Source: a virus
Lineage: Duplodnaviria > Heunggongvirae > Uroviricota > Caudoviricetes
IMG/VR virus record: IMGVR_UViG_3300017691_000005
Span: 30,052-94,051 of that record
DNA: 64,000 bases
Direction: 5' to 3' (one strand)
This document shows, one piece after another, positions 1-10,194 of the stretch. The notes below the pieces were generated by a model. That model did no database searches, was not told the DNA's origin, and worked only from the letters and a program-made list of their open reading frames with translations. A program made the translations under genes and the position numbers. Position 1 is the stretch's first letter; each line of letters begins with the position of its first letter.

Positions 1-1001
1 ACGTAGATGTTACTTTCGAAATAGCCCCCAACCATGACCACATCATCGTGGTATTTATCAATGGTGTCGCTGTTGCCTCTACTAAACTAACCGGGGGAAA
101 CAGAATTATTACCGGTGGAGGTCAGCACGGTATACAAGTCGGTAATTTCTCAAGTGTTGATTTTGAATATTACTATTCTGCTCAAGGTGATGCATCGTAT
201 GCTCCTGACACTTCAACTTTGCACGATGAAATTCGTGGCGGGTTCGCTAATGGTGTTATTCAATCCAATTGGTATAAGACAGCATTTTATGATGACCTTG
301 GCGGATTGTCTGGAACTAAAGATCTAGGTCGTAATGTTTTCTTTGATGATTATGGCGCAATTGTTCATGAGATCAGAGAATTTGACGTGACCTTTGAAAA
401 GCCCGTAGTCCATTCAAAGCCTTATGTAACAAATGAAAAAGTAGCAATACCGGCATACTTTGGTAACCCCTTTGGTGCTCATTTTGTCATGATTAATGCT
501 GGTAGAGAAGATGCTATTGTCAAAGGTGAAGATTCACAAACTTATGGTTCTGATAATACTGTTACTCAATCAGCGTTTATTTATGGTAGACAAATCTATC
601 AAGAAGACGCTGAAACAATTACCATTGTCAGCCAAGAGAATATAAATAAGCGTGGTGTTCAAAAAACACAGTTCGCTAGCCAGTATCTTCAAAATAAAGA
701 AGTTGGTGATGAGTTAGCAAGGTGGGTCGTCAAGCAATGGGGAAGTACCGTCAAAACTGCTAACGTTACCATCTTTGGTAATCCAATGCTAGAGGTTGGA
801 GATATTGTTACTGTCACTTATGTGCCTAAAGGAATATACGACAAAAAGTTTTACATCAACAAAATAGGTCATTCTTATAGCGCAGGTCTTGAAACCAACC
901 TCACTTTGAGGTCAGTGGCTAATGATGTTGTAGTGTCGATGAATTCCTTCAACACCGGGTCGGCTGGTCAGACATTACCGGGAACAGTTTACGTTACTTA
1001 A
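1..1001 (+). CDS. tail-associated structural protein (5' partial; reading frame open to window start)
   Basis: ORF 48..1001 has no stop upstream back to nt 3 in the same frame, so the gene is truncated by the window edge; it sits immediately upstream of Gly-rich and fiber-like tail genes. Confidence 0.45.
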   Translation, partial: VDVTFEIAPNHDHIIVVFINGVAVASTKLTGGNRIITGGGQHGIQVGNFSSVDFEYYYSAQGDASYAPDTSTLHDEIRGGFANGVIQSNWYKTAFYDDLGGLSGTKDLGRNVFFDDYGAIVHEIREFDVTFEKPVVHSKPYVTNEKVAIPAYFGNPFGAHFVMINAGREDAIVKGEDSQTYGSDNTVTQSAFIYGRQIYQEDAETITIVSQENINKRGVQKTQFASQYLQNKEVGDELARWVVKQWGSTVKTANVTIFGNPMLEVGDIVTVTYVPKGIYDKKFYINKIGHSYSAGLETNLTLRSVANDVVVSMNSFNTGSAGQTLPGTVYVT

Positions 1002-1014
1002 CCATTATAGATTA

Positions 1015-1374
1015 TTGAAGTATAATCAAATAATGGCTAATAATATTGTAATTGACCCTAGGTTTGCTAAACCTAAGAATGTTGTGGGGCTTGAAGACCC
1101 TGAAGAGGGTGTAAATTCCGGCGCTGACGGTACGGCAGCCGGTGCGGGCTCAGGTGACGGCGGCAACGCCGTAAACCCTGGCGGTGGAGGCTCCACAACA
1201 AATCCTAACAACCCAGGAACAAAGCCGGGCTCAGGGATACCAGCGCCTACCTTTGTTTTGTCTTCACAAGAACTAGTAATTGACTCTTTTAGAAACTACC
1301 GAGTAAATGCTATTCTCACTGTAACAAACGCTATTGATGGCGCAACTTACGAAATACGGATGAGTGAAAGTTAA
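1015..1374 (+). CDS. small Gly/Pro-rich structural (collagen-like) protein
   Basis: 119 aa, GAGSGDGGNAVNPGGGG low-complexity stretch; lies in the tail module. Confidence 0.4.
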   Translation: MKYNQIMANNIVIDPRFAKPKNVVGLEDPEEGVNSGADGTAAGAGSGDGGNAVNPGGGGSTTNPNNPGTKPGSGIPAPTFVLSSQELVIDSFRNYRVNAILTVTNAIDGATYEIRMSES

Positions 1375-2153
1375 TGATAACTAATGCTGGTAAAAACCAT
1401 ATCCTTAGAAGGAACGCGGGTATTGTCAATAGTATCGCTGACACTATTTTATTAGGTATTTCTAACACCGCTGAATCCGCAAATGACAATAGGCTTTCTC
1501 ATGAATTTATGCGTCTAGATGTTGTATCAATTTACCCTGACGTTGATAATGGCACTTTAGTATTTAAAACTGTTGTGCCCGCCGAGTTAAAAGGCTCTAT
1601 TTATGAAGTTGGTTTATTGTCGAGATCTTCTGTTGATGTTGATAATTATTACGATAAACTTTTAACCACTTTTGATCAAAACGAATTTTGGTCAAGCGGT
1701 AGCCTTATAACTAATGCAGGACGCGCTGGTGGCAACATGCTGAGGTTAACTGGTAATTCATTTGCTACAGTAAATTATGATCTTTCATATTACGTGGGAG
1801 AAGATATATTTGCGTTGGCAGTTAACTCTGCCACCAGCACAACCGTGACAATGAAGATAGGAAATAACTCATCAAATTATTTCTCTAAGTCAATATCTCT
1901 TAACAGCGGTTATCAGTTCATCAACTTTGCTAAGAGCAGTTTTAGTGTCAATGGTAATCCTACATGGAATGAAATAAAATATCTTGCTTTTGATGTGAGT
2001 AATGCAACTGTTGATTTAGATTCTTTAAGAGTGCAAAAGAAGAGCATCGTAGATACAACTTATGTATTAGTATCAAGAAAAGTATTTAGTTCCCCCTGGG
2101 AGAAGTTAGCGGGTTCCGAAAGAGAATTGGAGTATAGTCTAAAAATAGTATGA
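1374..2153 (+). CDS. hypothetical tail protein
   Basis: 259 aa ORF, ATGA overlap with upstream and downstream genes (translational coupling) inside the tail module. Confidence 0.4.
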   Translation: MITNAGKNHILRRNAGIVNSIADTILLGISNTAESANDNRLSHEFMRLDVVSIYPDVDNGTLVFKTVVPAELKGSIYEVGLLSRSSVDVDNYYDKLLTTFDQNEFWSSGSLITNAGRAGGNMLRLTGNSFATVNYDLSYYVGEDIFALAVNSATSTTVTMKIGNNSSNYFSKSISLNSGYQFINFAKSSFSVNGNPTWNEIKYLAFDVSNATVDLDSLRVQKKSIVDTTYVLVSRKVFSSPWEKLAGSERELEYSLKIV

Positions 2154-4699
2154 ACAAAGACATAAAGATGAATACCCTTATAGCGGGTAGAAATTATACA
2201 ATTCAAGTAAGAGCCAGGGTTGGCAACAACTACTCCGATTGGAGTGCAGCCTACACATTTAAAACTATAACTGACGGTGACCCACCAGCAATACCGTCAA
2301 AGCCCACTGTTGGCGACTATCTTGGAACCATCATTATTGGATGGGACGGAAAAGATAAAGATGGTAGGTCAATGGCCGCTGACTTCAAGCATGTTGAGGT
2401 TCATGTTGGAGACACTGATGGTTTTGTGCCTGACGCAAACTCTTTGAATACCACTTTGCCTGGCGCCATCTCCCAAGAGACTGCTATATCTGGTTTGACG
2501 ATGAACCAAACTTACTATGTTAAGTTTGTTGCCGTTGACACTTCAGATAATAAAAGCCAGCCATCTGAGAGCGGAAACGGCAAGCCTAAGAAAGTCACCG
2601 GGGATGCTTTAGATAATTTGGCGGTAGAAGTAGCCAACATCAACTTTAGTGCCAGAGACATTGGTGCGACCTTTGCTTTTTATGCTGACGAACCTCCAAC
2701 TAATAATGTCAAAGAAAAAGATATATGGTATGACACTAATGATGGTTATAAACAGTATGTTTATGCTAATGGGCAATGGAAAGACGTTAAGTCTGCTAGT
2801 GCTGAAGCGGTTGATCAGGTGGCTAGAGACAAAGCCGATCAAGCCCAGCAGTCCGCAAGCGGTAAGAACAAAATAACTTACTCTCTTAATGCGCCTAGCA
2901 ACACGTCCAATCCTGGTACAGCGGCAGGAGACGTGTGGTTCAGAAGAAATGACAACGGTGTCATTATTGCTCAGTATGAATGGACCGGAAGTCAATGGAT
3001 TGAGCGTAAGATCGAGAATGCTGTTATTGCCAATATTGACGCTGGAAAGATCACGGCAGGAACAATCTCAGCAGATCGTATTGGCGCTAGAACAATTACC
3101 GGTCAAATGCTTGTTATTGGAACTGTTGACAGCACTGTCATTGCTGACGGAGCAATCACTACATCAAAGATTACTGCAAACTCTTTGAATGCTGACCGTA
3201 TTACTTCTGGAACAATCACCACTGACAAAATTGGTGCGAATCAAATTACTGGCGCCAAGATCGCGGCGGGTGCCATCAGTGCCGGTAGTGCCATCATTGA
3301 CACTGCTGCAATTAACAGTGCTCAAATAGGAAGCCTAGAGGTAGGTAAGTTAACCTCTGGTGTCCTTAGCGCCGTCATTACGGTTTCTAATAGAATTCAA
3401 ACATCTACCGGATACCCTTCAGTTGACATTACATCTTCTGGTCTAACTTTCTACGGTAATGGTGGAAGTACCACAGTCAGCATGGACACTCAATCTGGAA
3501 ATGCTTCTTTCAATGGAGACATGGTTGCTAAGACCTGGTTCTCAAGAAACTATGTCAATGGCGGCGGATATATTCAGATTGGTAACTCAAGTCTAAACGA
3601 AGACAGCAACGATGAACTAAGGTTCTTTGTTAGCAACGGGGCGGTGGCTTTGAGATCACCGACTGCATGGCCGGGTAGGTTTAGAATTTCTCTAAGAGAC
3701 TCAGGTTATAACACAAGAGTTATTGACTTTGATGTTACCAAAGGAATTCTTGCTAACAGGTTCACTATGGGAGGTCAGTTCAATACCTATCCATATATGG
3801 AGTCTTATGACGCTGGACCTTCAGGTATCTGGATTAGAACAGTTCTTGAAGGAGGATATAACTTCTATATTGGAAGTGTTGAAAATTCTCACACTTGGAT
3901 TGCCAATGATCGAGTTGCTATTTCATTGTTGGGATCTAATCTAAATCAAATCAACTTTAGAAATTCTAGCAACACAGCCTATTGCAATATCCAAGCGAAC
4001 ACTGCATATTTTTCATCATTGTTTGTCAATGGAACACAGATTACTGGAAATGGCGGCGGTGGTAATGTTAATTATGCAAACACAGCCGGGTATGCAAACG
4101 AAGCAGGATTAGCCAGAAGAGTTGACTCGAACACCTCACAACTATTTCTTGGTGGTGGAGTCGCAAGTTTTGGTGGAGACTCAGTACTTATTCAAAATTA
4201 TGGATCTAGTACTTACACCCGTGTCCAGGGTGGCGCTGGTATGTATGTCGCGGGAGCATTCGCGGCTGCTGACAAGCGGTTCCTCATCCCACACCCTGTT
4301 GACAAAGACCGTTGGTTAACACACGGATCTACCGAGTCTCCGCAATCAGGAGTTGAATATTGGGGAGAGGTCGAACTAGATTCAAATGGTCAAGCAACAG
4401 TCACTTTGCCAACTTACTTTGAGGCGTTGGTTAAGACCGAAAATAGATCTACGTTCTTAACTCCTATTGATGAACCTTCAATGGGAGCGGCCTCTAAGAT
4501 AGTTGATGGAAAGTTTGTTGTAAAGGGTCCATCAAATGCTAAATTTTCTTGGCTTGTAAAGGCTGAAAGAAAGGGAGCGGACTTTGAAGTTGAGCCAAGA
4601 GTTGATAGTTCGGAAACTCCTGAGCCTGCACATTTGTTTGATTTCCCACCAGACGACCAAGAACAATGGAGGAAAGCACAAGAAGAAGCAAGCAATTGA
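2150..4699 (+). CDS. minor tail / tail fiber protein with FN3-like N-terminal domains and a tandem-repeat fiber region
   Basis: 849 aa; N-terminal fibronectin-III-like segments (YTIQVRARVGNNYSDWS, YYVKFVAVDTSDNKS); internal repeated I-T-x-x-K-I / D-R-I-T motifs spanning about nt 3000-3370. Confidence 0.6.
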   Translation: MNKDIKMNTLIAGRNYTIQVRARVGNNYSDWSAAYTFKTITDGDPPAIPSKPTVGDYLGTIIIGWDGKDKDGRSMAADFKHVEVHVGDTDGFVPDANSLNTTLPGAISQETAISGLTMNQTYYVKFVAVDTSDNKSQPSESGNGKPKKVTGDALDNLAVEVANINFSARDIGATFAFYADEPPTNNVKEKDIWYDTNDGYKQYVYANGQWKDVKSASAEAVDQVARDKADQAQQSASGKNKITYSLNAPSNTSNPGTAAGDVWFRRNDNGVIIAQYEWTGSQWIERKIENAVIANIDAGKITAGTISADRIGARTITGQMLVIGTVDSTVIADGAITTSKITANSLNADRITSGTITTDKIGANQITGAKIAAGAISAGSAIIDTAAINSAQIGSLEVGKLTSGVLSAVITVSNRIQTSTGYPSVDITSSGLTFYGNGGSTTVSMDTQSGNASFNGDMVAKTWFSRNYVNGGGYIQIGNSSLNEDSNDELRFFVSNGAVALRSPTAWPGRFRISLRDSGYNTRVIDFDVTKGILANRFTMGGQFNTYPYMESYDAGPSGIWIRTVLEGGYNFYIGSVENSHTWIANDRVAISLLGSNLNQINFRNSSNTAYCNIQANTAYFSSLFVNGTQITGNGGGGNVNYANTAGYANEAGLARRVDSNTSQLFLGGGVASFGGDSVLIQNYGSSTYTRVQGGAGMYVAGAFAAADKRFLIPHPVDKDRWLTHGSTESPQSGVEYWGEVELDSNGQATVTLPTYFEALVKTENRSTFLTPIDEPSMGAASKIVDGKFVVKGPSNAKFSWLVKAERKGADFEVEPRVDSSETPEPAHLFDFPPDDQEQWRKAQEEASN
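3000..3370 (+). repeat. internal tandem peptide/nucleotide repeats within the tail fiber gene
   Basis: repeated units ITADRIGARTITGQ / ITTSKITANSLNADRITSGTITTDKIGANQITGAKIAAGAISAG. Confidence 0.4.
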
Positions 4700-4713
4700 T
4701 AACTCAATGATGT

Positions 4714-4902
4714 TTGCGATACAATGAAGATAACAGAAAGGTCAAAATGACTGACAAAGAAATTGATGGTAAAAAGTTTTATGAAGCAAAGATTCAACTA
4801 CTTCAGCAAATTAATTCAAATTTGCAAGATAGTGTAGCAACTCTTCAAGTTCTTTTAGAAGAAGAAAGAAGTTCTAAGGATGCTGTTGACACGGAAGGCT
4901 GA
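4714..4902 (+). CDS. hypothetical small coiled-coil protein
   Basis: 62 aa ORF. Confidence 0.3.
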   Translation: MRYNEDNRKVKMTDKEIDGKKFYEAKIQLLQQINSNLQDSVATLQVLLEEERSSKDAVDTEG

Positions 4903-4965
4903 GTAGTCTAACGTATTCGTTACACTTGGAAGAAGATAAATAAAATAACTAACTAGAGAGAATAT

Positions 4966-5385
4966 ATGTTATTTAGGAAGAATAAAAAAGAAGAAGTAAA
5001 AGATAATAATATATATTACTCTAATGTTAAGTACTTTAATAATTCTTATATTAGAGATAAGACAGGTAGATACTATTTCATTTCTAATAATAAGAAATAT
5101 CTAATATCTTCTGAAAGAATTTTACAATCTTGGGCTCCTCCCGCTATAGCATTAAGTGATGATGAAACAATGAACACTTATAAACTTGGCGGGAGGCTAG
5201 GATTTAGGAATGGAACATTGATACTTGATCTCTCTTCTAATCTCTATTATCTAATCATAGAAAATAAGAAGAGAAAAGTGACAAGTCCAGATACCCTTGA
5301 CTCATTAGGTTATTCAATCTATGATGCTATAACCGTGTCAGAGGCAGAATCTAAATTACATGAAACAGGTGAGGATCTAGTATGA
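4966..5385 (+). CDS. hypothetical protein
   Basis: 139 aa ORF, AT-rich start, ATGA overlap with next gene. Confidence 0.4.
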   Translation: MLFRKNKKEEVKDNNIYYSNVKYFNNSYIRDKTGRYYFISNNKKYLISSERILQSWAPPAIALSDDETMNTYKLGGRLGFRNGTLILDLSSNLYYLIIENKKRKVTSPDTLDSLGYSIYDAITVSEAESKLHETGEDLV

Positions 5386-5819
5386 CTGAATCATATTCAC
5401 CTGTTACCATATCTAAAGGCCCATTATCTAGATCTTTGCTCGAAAGAATGGCTAACAACGATCAATGGCTTTTCGAGCACACGCCAAAGATGCGATACCA
5501 GTCCGCCGTGACAAAGGACAATGGTTTAAAGGTATTAGCCGGTAAAGCATACTATGGTCCCAACGATACAAATGATCGTCAGGATGTTACCGTTTACTTT
5601 GGTAGTTTCTTCAGTGTAGGATGTAATCCTATTGTTGTAGCCAACTCTGAACCTATTTCTGTAGGTTTTAGAAGATTGGTAACTGTTAGAGGAATTGGAA
5701 CATCTAATATAGATTACCGAGGATTCATCGGTCACGTTTCTAATCAAGAAAATGCATTGTCAGATCAGACTAAGATAGTTGTTGGTGGATATATGCATTA
5801 TATTGCTGTAGGATGGTAG
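5382..5819 (+). CDS. hypothetical protein
   Basis: 145 aa ORF. Confidence 0.4.
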   Translation: MTESYSPVTISKGPLSRSLLERMANNDQWLFEHTPKMRYQSAVTKDNGLKVLAGKAYYGPNDTNDRQDVTVYFGSFFSVGCNPIVVANSEPISVGFRRLVTVRGIGTSNIDYRGFIGHVSNQENALSDQTKIVVGGYMHYIAVGW

Positions 5820-5871
5820 AGGCTGGTGACTACAGGACACGTAAATAAAATTTGGTTAGGTAAAATTTTAA

Positions 5872-6285
5872 GTGTCTAACTGTGTGTTTTGCGGAGTAGA
5901 GTTTGAATCAATCTTTACTCAGACTATATGCGGTCCTACATGTTCAAAATTCAAAGATGAAAAATATAAATATGTGGAGCCAAATAATAAGTATTACACA
6001 GCACGACGACGTGCAAAGATGAAAAAGGGCGACAAGATTGTTGCTTTGATTGTGTTTGAGATGTATGACTGGACATGTTTCGTTTGCGGTGCTAGGATCG
6101 ACCCTCATCGTAGGACACCAGACCCTATGGCTGCTACTCTGGAACATGCCATTCCATTGAGTAAGAACGGCCAGCACACATGGTCTAATGTTTTCCCCGC
6201 CCATAATTTGTGCAACGCTGTAAAAGGCGATGACCTAAAAGAATTAGGTCTAATTGTCACTGATAGAGGTATACAGTTTATGTAA
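5872..6285 (+). CDS. HNH endonuclease
   Basis: EHAIPLSKNGQHTWSNVFPAHNLCNAVKGD HNH motif; N-terminal Cys cluster. Confidence 0.6.
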   Translation: MSNCVFCGVEFESIFTQTICGPTCSKFKDEKYKYVEPNNKYYTARRRAKMKKGDKIVALIVFEMYDWTCFVCGARIDPHRRTPDPMAATLEHAIPLSKNGQHTWSNVFPAHNLCNAVKGDDLKELGLIVTDRGIQFM

Positions 6286-6306
6286 CCTCCGAACATTGGA
6301 GAAGTA

Positions 6307-7068
6307 ATGAGTAATGATCTTAAATGGCTGATGTGTTCGGATGTGCATTTTCCACTTCACGATCCAAGGCTAGTAGAACTTTGGTTAAAGGTTGCTAAGG
6401 CGTTCAAGCCTGATGCCGTTGATCTTTTAGGTGATATTGATGACGCAGATACAACTGGTCGTTGGGCGACCGGAGCAGATATCACAAAACCAATTCAAGA
6501 CGCTGGTGTGAATCAGACAAAGAAGTTTCTTAAAGACATTCGTTATTATCTGCCAGATGCTGATTGCCATTTTCATGATGGTAACCACGGTTGGACTCGG
6601 CACGAAGCCTATCTAAAAAAGAATGCTCCCACCTTTGCATCGTTTATTGAACCCGACATGCTTTATGATTACCAGCAAGCGGGTTTCAATTGGCACCGTT
6701 ATGATGAGCCTCCGGTGAAAAGGTTTGGAGATATGTACGCCCATCATGGAGATTCGATCTCGAAACACGCGGGTGAGTCTGTTAGGAATGATTGCCTTAA
6801 TTGGGGCGTTTCAGTAGTTAGAGGACATTCACACAGAATGGGTAACTACAACATCACTTATCCAATTACAGGCAACAAGATTCGCGGGTTTGAGATTGGT
6901 CATCTTTGCAACTCTAGTGCAATGGATTACGATCGTTCTCCCAACTGGCAAGAAGGATTTGCTATTGCTCACGTAGTCAACGAAGATGGAGAACAAAAGG
7001 CTCACATGCAGTTGATTGAAATCCATGATTACACTTGCTTTGTTGATGGCGTGAAGTTTACTGCATAA
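6307..7068 (+). CDS. calcineurin-like metallophosphoesterase
   Basis: CSDVHFP ... LGDIDDAD ... GNHG metallophosphatase motifs. Confidence 0.6.
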   Translation: MSNDLKWLMCSDVHFPLHDPRLVELWLKVAKAFKPDAVDLLGDIDDADTTGRWATGADITKPIQDAGVNQTKKFLKDIRYYLPDADCHFHDGNHGWTRHEAYLKKNAPTFASFIEPDMLYDYQQAGFNWHRYDEPPVKRFGDMYAHHGDSISKHAGESVRNDCLNWGVSVVRGHSHRMGNYNITYPITGNKIRGFEIGHLCNSSAMDYDRSPNWQEGFAIAHVVNEDGEQKAHMQLIEIHDYTCFVDGVKFTA

Positions 7069-7271
7069 ATGATATAATTCGGCCGTGGATACAAAAATAA
7101 AACTACCGCTGCCAGGACCACTTAAACCATACGGTAAGTTAGTGGTTTTTGTTCTCGGACAGATAATATCAATTCTTGCGTATCAGTACTTAGATGATGT
7201 TACGGCATATTATGTCATTCAGTTCCTGACGGGTGCGGGTGTTTTCCAACAACCTAATATAACAAAGGAAG

Positions 7272-7907
7272 ATGTTAAACGTGCCGCACCCAAACACCGG
7301 GCTCACTGATATAACATATAGACCGGACAATTTGAAGTCTGCAAAAGACGATTTACCCGATGGTCTTTTATTTAATCTCAGAAGACAGAGAAACAAGTAC
7401 AAATATTTCTTTCTCAATGGCAGACTGCATAAAAAATTATCTGCCAATAGAGGTCTAGATATATTGAGTGCTTGGTCTTATGATACAAATACAGTAGTGA
7501 ACTATCCCTATAGCGCTGTCAAGAGTCAAATGAAGCCGGGATACTATACGAAAGAGGCTTGCGCCCTTCTTAATCGTCATAGGGTCACCGTTGTTAGAGC
7601 AATCTACGATGGAAAGATAGAAAGACCTCAAAGAGCATGGGTATCTTCTATTCCAATAGAAAAAAGAGATGAGACAGCAACTACAACGGGTTTGTACATA
7701 TGGTCAGAAGATGACATATTGAAAGCACATACTTATTTTGCTAATCAGTATATAGGATCATTGCCTAGCGACGATAGGGTAATAACTGCTCCTAAAACTT
7801 TAAGAAATAGAAGAGAAGTTAAGGCCATGTTAAACAACCAAGAAGTTTTTTACGCTAAGACTAAAGATGGTCAGTTTGTACCAATCTGGAAGGCACCGGA
7901 ATGGTAA
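7272..7907 (+). CDS. hypothetical protein
   Basis: 211 aa ORF. Confidence 0.4.
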   Translation: MLNVPHPNTGLTDITYRPDNLKSAKDDLPDGLLFNLRRQRNKYKYFFLNGRLHKKLSANRGLDILSAWSYDTNTVVNYPYSAVKSQMKPGYYTKEACALLNRHRVTVVRAIYDGKIERPQRAWVSSIPIEKRDETATTTGLYIWSEDDILKAHTYFANQYIGSLPSDDRVITAPKTLRNRREVKAMLNNQEVFYAKTKDGQFVPIWKAPEW

Positions 7908-8209
7908 AAGATTACAAAAAGTTAGAAGGTGATCTAACTCCTCTCAATGTAGCAACTCAAGCGGCCTATACACTAAACCTGATTGGTTCGCTTGCATCTG
8001 AGGTCAAGGATACTGATACACTACTGGCGGTAGCGAAACTGTGGATCGATATGGTTGAAGTCGCTGGACACGCAGTGGTTACTCCCGCCGACACACCAGA
8101 ACTAGCCAATGTTGTTGGCTTTCAACGAAATGAGGAAGAGAAATATGGCAGAACTGAGCCCGGTGAATCCACCGACGAAAATCACAGTAAATCAATCATT
8201 CAAGATTAA
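7901..8209 (+). CDS. hypothetical protein
   Basis: 102 aa ORF. Confidence 0.35.
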   Translation: MVKDYKKLEGDLTPLNVATQAAYTLNLIGSLASEVKDTDTLLAVAKLWIDMVEVAGHAVVTPADTPELANVVGFQRNEEEKYGRTEPGESTDENHSKSIIQD

Positions 8210-8363
8210 TCTTGGTAATTATCAGACAATGGATATTTACATTGGAATCGAAGACTCACCTCGCAATGGAGAGAACACGAATCAAGCATTTGAACGTGTT
8301 TACTCTTTTGTGCAACAAAAACTAGCGGAAAAAGTAGCAGAGGCGGAAACGGTACTTAAGTGA
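8145..8363 (+). CDS. hypothetical protein (internal start MAELSP with GAGGAAGAG RBS)
   Basis: ORF 8109..8363 overlaps the upstream gene; the internal ATG at 8145 has a good RBS. Confidence 0.3.
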   Translation: MAELSPVNPPTKITVNQSFKINLGNYQTMDIYIGIEDSPRNGENTNQAFERVYSFVQQKLAEKVAEAETVLK

Positions 8364-8686
8364 ACGAAGAAGAGATCAACGATCTAGTCACTCTGTATAA
8401 GGAAACTTATAACAAAGAACACGGTTGTTATCCTAATCTTAACAAGTTTAGAGACTCTTTTGGCTTTGCTTCAATGCTTCACGATTTCAATATTGTTGAG
8501 TGTAGAGAGATTATTGAGTACTTCTTCAAGACTGGCGGCGAGCACACCACTCGCCGTCTTTTTGAAAATTACGATGGTTTGAGGCAAGCCAAGGAAAAAT
8601 CAGACAGAGACCGTGACAAGATTGACAGTTTGCTAAAGGCAACTCAAGCGCGGGTCAAGCAATGGGAAGATAAACATCCTTCCTGA
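8360..8686 (+). CDS. hypothetical protein
   Basis: 108 aa ORF. Confidence 0.4.
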   Translation: MNEEEINDLVTLYKETYNKEHGCYPNLNKFRDSFGFASMLHDFNIVECREIIEYFFKTGGEHTTRRLFENYDGLRQAKEKSDRDRDKIDSLLKATQARVKQWEDKHPS

Positions 8687-8707
8687 AATTAGTAGAGGAC
8701 GTGAACA

Positions 8708-9922
8708 TTGACTCTCACAGAGGCAAAAGTAATTAATGCTGTAGTTATTAACAAAGATATTCATACATTGCTGACAGCACCCGATGAACTATTTACTGCT
8801 TATCACGATGTTTATGCAACACTCAAGAAGCATTATCAGAAATACCGTGCTGTACCATCTCTTGAATCACTTCAAAGACAACACCCTGATCTAGAGAAGT
8901 TTAATGCAGATGAACCGACTGCTTTTTACGTTGACGAGTTAAAGTCAGAGTACCTTAACAAACGCATGGAAGACCTTATTGTTAAGGCTGCCAATGCTCT
9001 AGATTCAGATATGACCCCTCAGGAAACTCTTGAGAAACTAACTAATTCGATTTCCAAACTTAGCGCTTTTACCTCTCAGGCTTCTGATCTGAATCTAAAA
9101 GATGTTGAGGCTGCGGAACGACACTTCCAAAATCAGGCAGAGCGAGCCAAGCAAAATGGTGGTGTGCCTGGAATCCCCACAGGATTCAAATCTCTAGATA
9201 GTGTTTACGCAACTGGTATGGCTCCCGGTCATTCTATTATTCTTTTCGGTAGAACCGGTAGGGGTAAAAGTCTGATTGCCGCACTGATGGCAGCCAAGGC
9301 ATATGCACAAGGGTATAAACCCATGATTGTTTCTCTTGAAATGTCTAAAGAGGAACAGATGGAACGTATCTATACCATTCTTGCTAGTGGTATCTTCACT
9401 ATGAGTGGTATGGCGCGCGGTGAGGTTGATCTAGAAGAGTTTAAGAGTTGGTCTGAAGACGCTCTTAAACAAGACTTCATCATTGTCTCTAATGAGGGTA
9501 ACCAAGACGTTACACCTAACTTTATTCAGGGAAAGATTAATCAGCATCGACCAGATGTTGTTATTCTAGATTATATGCAGTTGATGATGGACAATGGTAA
9601 GAACTCAGGTATGACCCCGCGTATGCTTGCTCTTTCCCGAGAGATCAAACTTCTTGCCGTATCTAGCAATATCCCTATCATTTCTATCTCAGGTATCACA
9701 GATAAGGATAATGATGACCAGAGTGAACCGCCTACTCTAGATCAGGTATCATGGTCGGCTGGTATCAAGTACGACGCTAACCTTGCTATTGCCGTACAGA
9801 AGGCACAAAATAGTAATATTATCGCTATGGTCATTCGTAAAAACAGAAATGGCGACCTGGCCGCTTGCTACCTTGATTGCGATATTGATAGGGGAATCTT
9901 TGAGGAAAGATTTACGCTATGA
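8708..9922 (+). CDS. DnaB-like replicative helicase
   Basis: Walker A GRTGRGKS, RecA-fold C-terminal domain, DnaB-like architecture. Confidence 0.65.
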   Translation: MTLTEAKVINAVVINKDIHTLLTAPDELFTAYHDVYATLKKHYQKYRAVPSLESLQRQHPDLEKFNADEPTAFYVDELKSEYLNKRMEDLIVKAANALDSDMTPQETLEKLTNSISKLSAFTSQASDLNLKDVEAAERHFQNQAERAKQNGGVPGIPTGFKSLDSVYATGMAPGHSIILFGRTGRGKSLIAALMAAKAYAQGYKPMIVSLEMSKEEQMERIYTILASGIFTMSGMARGEVDLEEFKSWSEDALKQDFIIVSNEGNQDVTPNFIQGKINQHRPDVVILDYMQLMMDNGKNSGMTPRMLALSREIKLLAVSSNIPIISISGITDKDNDDQSEPPTLDQVSWSAGIKYDANLAIAVQKAQNSNIIAMVIRKNRNGDLAACYLDCDIDRGIFEERFTL

Positions 9923-10194
9923 GTGACCAGATTATTAGAAGATTTCAACTTCATGGCTCAACGTCTTCTCCTTGGAAGCGCCGTGAACTTGAACTTCAAT
10001 TGCTTGCTCAGATGTATGATGAAGGATATGCTCAACTATTAGATATAGATACAACCTTTAAGACTGACTATGATGTAGAAAAAGATGTTTATAATTTTTC
10101 TTTGACCATTCAGGGAGTACATGTAGGTGATGAGCCGTGGAATACCGTCGTAACAGCGGGACGTACTATTCGGAAGACGCCATCCGTGCAGTAA
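9919..10194 (+). CDS. hypothetical protein
   Basis: 91 aa ORF, ATGA coupling. Confidence 0.35.
   Translation: MSDQIIRRFQLHGSTSSPWKRRELELQLLAQMYDEGYAQLLDIDTTFKTDYDVEKDVYNFSLTIQGVHVGDEPWNTVVTAGRTIRKTPSVQ

Noticed and set aside
2609-3188. Small ORFs nested in or antisense to the 849-aa tail fiber gene (2609-2995 minus, 2649-2876, 2889-3188)
   Set aside because: They lie in alternative frames of a clearly coding long gene and have no independent support.
7085-7309. 74-aa ORF between the phosphoesterase and 7272-7907
   Set aside because: It overlaps the start of the next ORF and has no RBS. It is retained only as a possibility and not listed as a feature.
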